Assembly: GCA_963715805.1 (NCBI GenBank)
Contig: OY970277.1
Span: forward strand, 2,844,368-2,908,367
DNA: 64,000 bases
Reading direction: 5' to 3'
Origin: an uncultured Verrucomicrobiae bacterium
Lineage (GTDB): Bacteria; Verrucomicrobiota; Verrucomicrobiia; Chthoniobacterales; Chthoniobacteraceae
A model generated the notes under the pieces. It was given only the letters and a program-made list of their open reading frames with translations, was not told the origin of the DNA and made no database searches. Positions within the stretch are counted from its first letter, which is position 1, and each line of letters starts with the position of its first letter. Position numbers and translations under genes: made by a program. Of the stretch, positions 57,638 to 64,000 are shown piece by piece.

Positions 57638-58441
57638 CTAGAAATCGTCGTCCACCGTGACGCGGGCCGCCTGCTCGCGTCTGCGCGTGGTCGCCGTGTA
57701 GGTGTTGGCGATCATCCCCAGGAGGTGGGTCGAGGCGATTTCGAGATCGGAGATAAGGCTCTGCACGCGGCCCCGGAAGATCGCGTAGAACGCCATGGCC
57801 GTGATGCCGACCACCAGGCCCGAGGCCGTGGCCACCAGCGCTTCGGAGACGCCCGCCGCCAGCAGCATCTGGCGCGGCGCGTCCGTGTTCTTCGCAAGCA
57901 CCCCGAACGAGCGGATGATGCCGAACACCGTGCCGAGCAGCCCGATCATCGGCGAGAGCATCCCGATGTCCGCGAGGTAAGCGATCCGCTGGTTCAACGA
58001 CGCCGCCTGGGTGCTCCCCTCCGTCTCGGCGATCTCGCGGACGACGTTGAAATCCACCCCCGGGTTCTTCGTCAGGAAATCGAGCGTCCGCTGGAGGACG
58101 CGCGCGACCGCTTCGCTGTGCCGCGCGGAGATGGCGAGCAGGCCGATGTAATCGCGCTTTTTAAGAAGGACATCCGCGGTGCTCATGAAATGAGCGTTGA
58201 CGATCGCCCCGCGGCGCAGGGTGAACGTGTAAACGATGATGAGCATCACCGTCAGCACCGAGAGGAACGCCAGCGGCAGCATCGCCCACCCGCCCGAGAT
58301 GACGAGCCGGAGCAGAGTGACCGCCTGCGCGCCCGCCGCGCTGGCCGGTTCCGCGGCGGGGCTGGCGGCCGTCGCCGCGTCCTGCGCCCACAAGGAGGCG
58401 GGTGCGAGCACCGCCGCTGTTAAATAAACGATGAATTTCAT
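57638..58441 (-). CDS. exbB: MotA/TolQ/ExbB proton-channel protein with N-terminal signal peptide
   Basis: MKFIVYLTAAVLAPASLWAQ...GMLSPMIGLLGTVFGII... Confidence 0.8.
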   Translation of the reverse strand: MKFIVYLTAAVLAPASLWAQDAATAASPAAEPASAAGAQAVTLLRLVISGGWAMLPLAFLSVLTVMLIIVYTFTLRRGAIVNAHFMSTADVLLKKRDYIGLLAISARHSEAVARVLQRTLDFLTKNPGVDFNVVREIAETEGSTQAASLNQRIAYLADIGMLSPMIGLLGTVFGIIRSFGVLAKNTDAPRQMLLAAGVSEALVATASGLVVGITAMAFYAIFRGRVQSLISDLEIASTHLLGMIANTYTATTRRREQAARVTVDDDF

Positions 58442-58544
58442 TCGGCTAAACGTGTATATTACCTGTCGCGAGGCAGGATGCAACACCGCTCCCCGGAGCG
58501 CGCGCCGCCGCAAAAAAAAACCGTTGGATACAGGAAGCCGAGTT

Positions 58545-60119
58545 GTGCCCGAACTTCTCCACAGAGAAAAGCCCGACCTGAAAGGGAAGATACACGATCT
58601 GCCCCACAAGCCGGGCGTGTATCTCATGCGCGACCGGCTGAACCGCGTCATCTACGTCGGCAAGGCGCGGAACCTGCGCAAGCGCGTGGGCCAGTATTTC
58701 ATGGCCTCGCGCCTGCTCGCGGCGGACCTCAAGACGCGGGCGCTGCTGGAGAGCGTGTGGGATTTCGAGATTCACGTCGTCCGCAGCGAGCCGGAAGCGC
58801 TCCTGCTGGAGGGAAGGCTCATCAAGGAATTCCGGCCGCGCTACAACATCAGTTTCCGCGACGACAAGAAATTCCTCCTTGTGAAGGTGAACCTGAACGA
58901 CCCGTTCCCGCGCTTTCTCCTTACCCGGTTCAAGAAGGATGACGGAGCGCGCTACTTCGGGCCGTTCGCGCACTCCGGCGCCCTGCGGACGACCCTGAAC
59001 TGGATGAAAAAGCAGTTCGGCCTGCGTTCCTGCCGCCCCGGCTCGCCCGGTGAGCTCGACTACAAGCATTGCCTCGACCACATCATCCGGAACTGCTCCG
59101 CCCCGTGCATCCAGAAGATCAATGCCGAGGATTACCGCGCCCGCATCCTCGGCGCGTGCGATTTCCTCGACGGCAAATCCCACGAGATGGTTCTCGCCGT
59201 CCAGGAAGAGATGCGACAGGCCGCGGAGAAGCTGGACTTCGAGCGGGCCGCCGACCTGCGGAACATGCTCGCGGACCTGCGGCAGACGACGAAGCCGATG
59301 CGGCGGTTCACGCGCCATTCGCTCCCGAGCACGGTCGATCCCGCAGCCGACCTCCTCGCGCTGCAGGAAGCGCTCCAGCTCGCGCATCTCCCCCTCATCA
59401 TGGAGTGCTTCGACATTTCAAACATCTCCACGACCCACGTCGTCGCTTCGATGGTGAACTTCACCCAGGGCGTCCCCGACAAATCCGGCTACCGCCGCTA
59501 CCGCATCCGCACCGTGCCGGGGCAGGATGACTTTGCGAGCATGGCCGAGGTCGTCCGCCGGCGCTATTCGCGGGTGCTGCTGGAGGCGCGCGAGGTCTTC
59601 CCCGCCGACGCCGAGTTCTCGCAGGAGACGCCCGCAGAAAGCCTTGAGCGCCTGGCGAAGGAAGCCCCGAAGCACGCGTTCGTCCGGCTGCCCGACCTCA
59701 TCATCGTGGATGGCGGGAAGGGCCAGCTCAGCTCGGCCTGCCGCGAGCTCCAGCGCCTCGGCCTGCACGAGCTGCCCATCATCGGCCTCGCGAAGGAGAA
59801 CGAGGAAATCTTTCGGCCCGGCAACCCGCTGCCGCTGCGCTTGCCGGAGGATTCAGGGGCGCTCCGGCTCCTCCAGCGCATCCGGGACGAGGCGCACCGG
59901 TTCGCAAACGGGTACCATCAATTGCTCATGAAACGGCGCGTGGCCGAGAGCATCCTGGACGATTGCCCGGGTGTCAGCGAAAACAGGAAGCAGCTCCTCC
60001 TGCGCCGGTTCGGCAGCGTCGAGCGCATCCGCCGCGCCAGCGCCGAGGAGATCGCCGCCACCGAGGGCATCGGCACGAAGCTGGCCGAGCAGGTGGCCGA
60101 ATACCTGCGGCAGCACTAG
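58545..60119 (+). CDS. uvrC: excinuclease ABC subunit C (start uncertain: GTG 58545 or ATG 58431)
   Basis: GIY-YIG PGVYLMRD...VIYVGKARNLRKRV, UvrBC, RNase H-like and HhH C-terminus. Confidence 0.85.
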   Translation: MPELLHREKPDLKGKIHDLPHKPGVYLMRDRLNRVIYVGKARNLRKRVGQYFMASRLLAADLKTRALLESVWDFEIHVVRSEPEALLLEGRLIKEFRPRYNISFRDDKKFLLVKVNLNDPFPRFLLTRFKKDDGARYFGPFAHSGALRTTLNWMKKQFGLRSCRPGSPGELDYKHCLDHIIRNCSAPCIQKINAEDYRARILGACDFLDGKSHEMVLAVQEEMRQAAEKLDFERAADLRNMLADLRQTTKPMRRFTRHSLPSTVDPAADLLALQEALQLAHLPLIMECFDISNISTTHVVASMVNFTQGVPDKSGYRRYRIRTVPGQDDFASMAEVVRRRYSRVLLEAREVFPADAEFSQETPAESLERLAKEAPKHAFVRLPDLIIVDGGKGQLSSACRELQRLGLHELPIIGLAKENEEIFRPGNPLPLRLPEDSGALRLLQRIRDEAHRFANGYHQLLMKRRVAESILDDCPGVSENRKQLLLRRFGSVERIRRASAEEIAATEGIGTKLAEQVAEYLRQH

Positions 60120-60263
60120 GGGTCAAAAAGTCAGCCGAGTTTATCGACCCGAGGGCTTGCGGATGATGCAGCGGGCTAAATTCTCGATAATCTCCGCGTG
60201 CCGGCGTACAGCCGGGGATGCTGCCTGAGGACAGGTCGCGGTGAAGATCGAGAAGATGCTCTC

Positions 60264-60920
60264 TTAGATTTTCGAGGCTGGAGCCTTGCGTCGCGTAGCC
60301 GGAGCAGCGCGTGAAGAGAAGTATCGGGTTCGCCATCTCAGCATCGCATCGGCTACGTGCGGGCGCCGCTGTATCTGCCGCCACGACCACCAGGCAGTCG
60401 CAACCCCCAGCATCGTTCCCGCAACCACGTCCGAGAAATGGTGAGCGCCGCTGTAGAGCCTCGCGCATCCCACCGCGACGCCCGCGAGTAAGATGACGAC
60501 GCCCGACGGCCCTTCGGCAAAAAGCGCCACCGCGGTGAACCCGACCGCGCAGGCCGTGTGCGCGGAGGGGAACGAGTGATACTTGTTCTTGTGATGGAAC
60601 AGGCCGCCTTCCGTCACGACCCCGTAGAAGCCCTGCGGGACGTCCGCGCCGGGGCGCGTCCTGCCGGTGGCGAAGCGGGCCGCGTTCACCAGCACCCCGC
60701 TCACGACGCACGAGAGGAGCATCGCCAGCAGGATCTGCAGGAGCCGTTTCTTTCCGGCCAGCCACGCCGCCGCCGTGCCGCAGAGGCCGTAGAGGAACAC
60801 CCACGGCCAGTCGCCCCACTTATTGCAAATGTGCGCCAGCCGGTCCAGCCCGGCACTCCGGTGTTCCTTGAAGAAATGGGCGACGGCGTTGTCGAGCTGG
60901 AACGAGAATGCCGCCACCAT
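60264..60920 (-). CDS. PAP2-superfamily phosphatase (membrane)
   Basis: KTRPGADVP...SFPSAHTAC...GAHHFSDV (KxxxxxxRP / PSGH / SRxxxxxHxxxD). Confidence 0.8.
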   Translation of the reverse strand: MVAAFSFQLDNAVAHFFKEHRSAGLDRLAHICNKWGDWPWVFLYGLCGTAAAWLAGKKRLLQILLAMLLSCVVSGVLVNAARFATGRTRPGADVPQGFYGVVTEGGLFHHKNKYHSFPSAHTACAVGFTAVALFAEGPSGVVILLAGVAVGCARLYSGAHHFSDVVAGTMLGVATAWWSWRQIQRRPHVADAMLRWRTRYFSSRAAPATRRKAPASKI

Positions 60921-61064
60921 TATCAGCAGCCCGAGCAGGGGTATCCAGGGGACGAGCTTCCCCGGGCCTTGAAGGGCCGGGGCGTTGGAGACGGAGGCCG
61001 CGATGGGCGAAAATAGTCCCGCTTTGCAAGTTGCGTCAACTGCCGTTCGCGCTTGTAGTAAGCC

Positions 61065-61754
61065 ATGGTATGCATCGGGCACCGCGGCGCCGCGGGCCAT
61101 GAGCCGGAAAACACGCTCCGCGCGGTGCGCCGGGGTCTCGAGCTGGGCGCGGAGGGCATCGAGGTCGATGTCCATAACGTCGGGGGCGAACTGATGGTGA
61201 TCCACGACGACACTCTCGACCGCACGACGAACGGGCACGGCCCCGTCGCAGGGAAATCGATCGAGTATCTGCGTTCGCTCGACGCCGGCAGGGGCGAACG
61301 CATCCCATTCCTGGGCGAGGTCTTCGACGCCGTCTCGGGGCATGCGTTCATCAACGTGGAACTCAAGGGGCCGGACACGGCCTCGCTGGTAAAGGAGCTC
61401 GTCGCCCAATACGCGGCGCGGCCCGGGTGGGATTACGACCGGTTCCTGGTCTCCTCTTTCGACCACCGCGAGCTGGCCGCTGCGGCGCATGCGCGCATCC
61501 CCATCGGCCTCCTCTGGCATCGGCCCCCGCGCGGGTGGGAGGCCGCTGCCTCGGAACTCGGCGCTTCCTCCATCAACGTCCACCACCGGTACGCGAGGCC
61601 GCGCCTCATCACGAAGGCCCATCTCCGGGGGCTCCGTGTTTTCGCTTACACCGTGAATGGGCCGGTGCGCATCCGCCGCATGCGGGAACGCGGGGTGGAC
61701 GGCGTTTTTACCGATTACCCGGAACGGGTCATGGGCCGGAGCCTCTCCGCATGA
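61065..61754 (+). CDS. ugpQ: glycerophosphodiester phosphodiesterase
   Basis: [18 protein letters not shown]...[10 protein letters not shown]. Confidence 0.85.
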   Translation: MVCIGHRGAAGHEPENTLRAVRRGLELGAEGIEVDVHNVGGELMVIHDDTLDRTTNGHGPVAGKSIEYLRSLDAGRGERIPFLGEVFDAVSGHAFINVELKGPDTASLVKELVAQYAARPGWDYDRFLVSSFDHRELAAAAHARIPIGLLWHRPPRGWEAAASELGASSINVHHRYARPRLITKAHLRGLRVFAYTVNGPVRIRRMRERGVDGVFTDYPERVMGRSLSA

Positions 61755-63220
61755 AGAACATCCTCGCGCTCGACCAGGGCACCTCCAGTTCAAGGGCTCT
61801 CGTCTTCGACCGGGCGGGCGCCATCCGCGCCATGGCGCAAAGGGAGTTCACCCAGATCTATCCCCAGCCCGCATGGGTCGAGCATGACCCGGTGGAAATC
61901 TGGAGGACGCAGCTTGAGGTGGCCCGCGAAGCGTTCGAGCACGCGGGAGGGGGCATCGCGGCCATCGGCATCACCAACCAGAGGGAGACCGCCGTCGTCT
62001 GGGACAGGAAGACGGGTGCGCCGGTCTATAACGCCATCGTCTGGCAAGACCGCCGCACCGCGCCGGACTGCGACCGCCTCAGGGCGGCGGGGCTGGAGCC
62101 GCTGGTGAAGAGCAAGACCGGCCTGCTCCTCGACCCGTATTTCTCCGCCACCAAGCTCCGTTGGATCCTCGAAAACGTGCCCGACGCCCGGCCGCGGGCG
62201 GAAGCGGGCGAACTCGCCTTTGGCACCATCGACACGTGGCTCGTCTGGAACCTGACCGGGCGGCACGTCACGGATGCCACCAACGCCAGCCGCACGCTGC
62301 TCTTCAACATCCACACCTGCGAGTGGGACGAGGAACTCCTCTCCCTGCTTGAAGTGCCGCGCGCGCTGCTCCCCGCCGTCCACTCATCGAGCGAGGTCTA
62401 TGGCGAGACGGGGCACTTTGGGGAGCCCATCCCCGTGGCCGGGATCGCCGGCGACCAGCAGGCAGCGCTCTTCGGCCAGGCCTGCACCCGGCCCGGCATG
62501 GTTAAGAACACCTACGGCACCGGCTGTTTCATGCTCATGAATACAGGCGGGAAACCGGTCGCCTCCCAAAACAACCTGCTCTCCACCGTCGCGTGGCAGC
62601 TCGGCGGGCGGGTGGAATACGCATTGGAAGGGAGCGTCTTCATCGCCGGCGCGGTCGTGCAATGGCTGCGCGACGGGCTCGGCATCATCCGCTCGTCGGC
62701 GGAAGTCGAGGCGCTGGCGCGGAGCGTGCCGGACTCCGGCGGCGTCTATTTCGTGCCGGCGTTTTCGGGGTTGGGAGCGCCGCACTGGGATCCCTATGCG
62801 CGCGGGATGCTGGGCGGGCTCACGCGCGGGACGGGCGCGGCCCACATCGCGCGCGCGGCGCTGGAGAGCATCGCCTTCCAGTCGGCGGATGTTCTGGAGG
62901 CGATGACCCGGGATTCCGGCATCGCCCTGCTGGAACTGCGCGTGGACGGCGGCGCGGCGGCCAACGACAGCCTCATGCAATTCCAGGCGGACATCCTCGG
63001 GGCGCCAGTGGTTCGCCCGGCCATCCTCGAAACGACCGCGCTCGGGGCCGCATATCTCGCGGGCCTCGCTGTCGGTTATTGGCAGGACCAGGGGGAGATC
63101 GCAGCGCAATGGAGGGCGGAGAGGCGCTTCGAGCCCGCGATGGAAAGCGGCCGCCGCGAGGAACTGCGGGTCGGGTGGCTGCGAGCGCTCGAACGCTCTA
63201 AATCGTGGGCCGTTCCATGA
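61751..63220 (+). CDS. glpK: glycerol kinase
   Basis: [20 protein letters not shown]...; ATGA overlap with ugpQ. Confidence 0.95.
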   Translation: MKNILALDQGTSSSRALVFDRAGAIRAMAQREFTQIYPQPAWVEHDPVEIWRTQLEVAREAFEHAGGGIAAIGITNQRETAVVWDRKTGAPVYNAIVWQDRRTAPDCDRLRAAGLEPLVKSKTGLLLDPYFSATKLRWILENVPDARPRAEAGELAFGTIDTWLVWNLTGRHVTDATNASRTLLFNIHTCEWDEELLSLLEVPRALLPAVHSSSEVYGETGHFGEPIPVAGIAGDQQAALFGQACTRPGMVKNTYGTGCFMLMNTGGKPVASQNNLLSTVAWQLGGRVEYALEGSVFIAGAVVQWLRDGLGIIRSSAEVEALARSVPDSGGVYFVPAFSGLGAPHWDPYARGMLGGLTRGTGAAHIARAALESIAFQSADVLEAMTRDSGIALLELRVDGGAAANDSLMQFQADILGAPVVRPAILETTALGAAYLAGLAVGYWQDQGEIAAQWRAERRFEPAMESGRREELRVGWLRALERSKSWAVP

Positions 63221-64000
63221 ACCGCGAGGAGCAGCTTGCCCGGCTCGCGTCGCCGGACGTGTGGGATGTCCTGGTCATCGGCGGCGGAGCGACCGGGCTC
63301 GGCGCGGCGGTAGACGCGGCGTCGCGAGGGTACAGGACGGTGCTCGTCGAGCAGAGCGACTTCGCGAAAGGCGCTTCCTCGCGGAGCACGAAGCTCATCC
63401 ACGGCGGGGTGCGGTATCTCCGGCAGGGAAATTTGCCGCTCGTGGCCGAGTCGCTGCGCGAGCGCGGCCTCCTGCTTCGGAACGCGCCCCATTGCGTCCA
63501 CCCGCTCCCCTTCGTTACCCCGGCGTACAGCGTCCGCGAGCTCGCGTGGTACGGCCTCGGCTTGAAAACGTACGATCTGCTCGCGGGGAGGCTGGGGATC
63601 GCCCCTTCCCGGGTGCTCTCCCGAAGCGAGGCGCTCCGGCATGCCCCGGAACTCGACTCCGCCCGGTTGCGGGGCGGCATTCTCTACCACGACGCGCAGT
63701 TCGACGATGCGCGGATGGCGATCACGCTCGCGCAGACATGCGCCCGGCTCGGCGGCGCGCCGCTCAATTACATGCGGGTCGAGTCGCTCCTGAAAGAGCA
63801 CGGGCGCGTGCGCGTTAGCGGTCGTCGTCGATGCCGAGACGGGCCGGGAATACCAGGTGAACGCCCGCGCGGTCATCAACGCCACCGGCGTCTTCACCGA
63901 TGCGATCCGCCGCCTGGATGAGCCGGGCTGCGCGGGGATGATCGCCCCCAGCCAGGGCGCGCACCTCGTCCTGTCGAAGTCGATCCTTCCCGGCCGCTCC
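63217..64000 (+). CDS. glpD: FAD-dependent glycerol-3-phosphate dehydrogenase, 3'-partial, with one frameshift near 63825
   Basis: [23 protein letters not shown] (GxGxxG); after ...EHGRVR the frame breaks, +1 frame continues [27 protein letters not shown]. Confidence 0.8.

Noticed and set aside
60921-61793. N-terminal 290 aa of the 509-aa minus ORF upstream of the PAP2 gene
   Set aside because: Antisense to the GDPD (ugpQ) gene and low complexity; the PAP2 protein starts at the internal Met (60920)

Overview
High-GC (about 65-70%) bacterial chromosomal segment, Verrucomicrobia/Planctomycetes-like in gene content (BatA-like vWA + DUF4159 module, a giant PATR/PEP-CTERM surface protein, signal-peptide ExbB, flotillins). 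Most of the window is housekeeping: tRNA-Leu, trpS, yggS, alr, smc, glmS, glgC, ispH, bioA, ksgA, obg, nuoA, uvrC, ugpQ-glpK-glpD. The accessory content, in window order: (i) a 5.6-kb segment carrying a 1630-aa PEP-CTERM adhesin bracketed by 459-bp direct repeats that each contain the 5' end of an IMDH/IDH-family gene; (ii) a mosaic pseudogene region (frameshifted IMDH-like gene joined to an N-truncated thioesterase domain); (iii) a RES-Xre toxin-antitoxin pair; (iv) an orphan RelE/ParE-like gene translationally coupled to a class-V aminotransferase; (v) a multi-TM CHASE-like sensor ending in a Cys4 ribbon with no recognisable transmitter; (vi) a palindromic array of 3+3 ATCCGTG heptamers at helical spacing; (vii) an overlapping nucleotidyltransferase-plus-partner pair; (viii) a low-GC DUF2264 gene inserted behind a radical-SAM gene with 48-bp direct repeats; (ix) a KsgA-NUDIX fusion; (x) a ~760-bp array of ~121-bp hairpin-containing tandem repeats between obg and ksgA. 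Frameshifts are markedly concentrated in a few metabolic genes (glgC about 6, glmS 1, glpD 1, leuB-like 2-3, one secreted protein), several of them demonstrably at homopolymers, while long neighbouring genes (smc, PEP-CTERM, flotillin, TPR, GspE) are intact. Start/stop ATGA overlaps are common. Many long antisense ORFs in the track are high-GC artefacts. Caveat: my manual position counts disagreed by 1 nt with the ORF track at two sites (11162 vs 11163, 61750 vs 61751); I followed the track, and hand-derived non-ORF coordinates (tRNA, repeat boundaries) may be off by about 1 nt.
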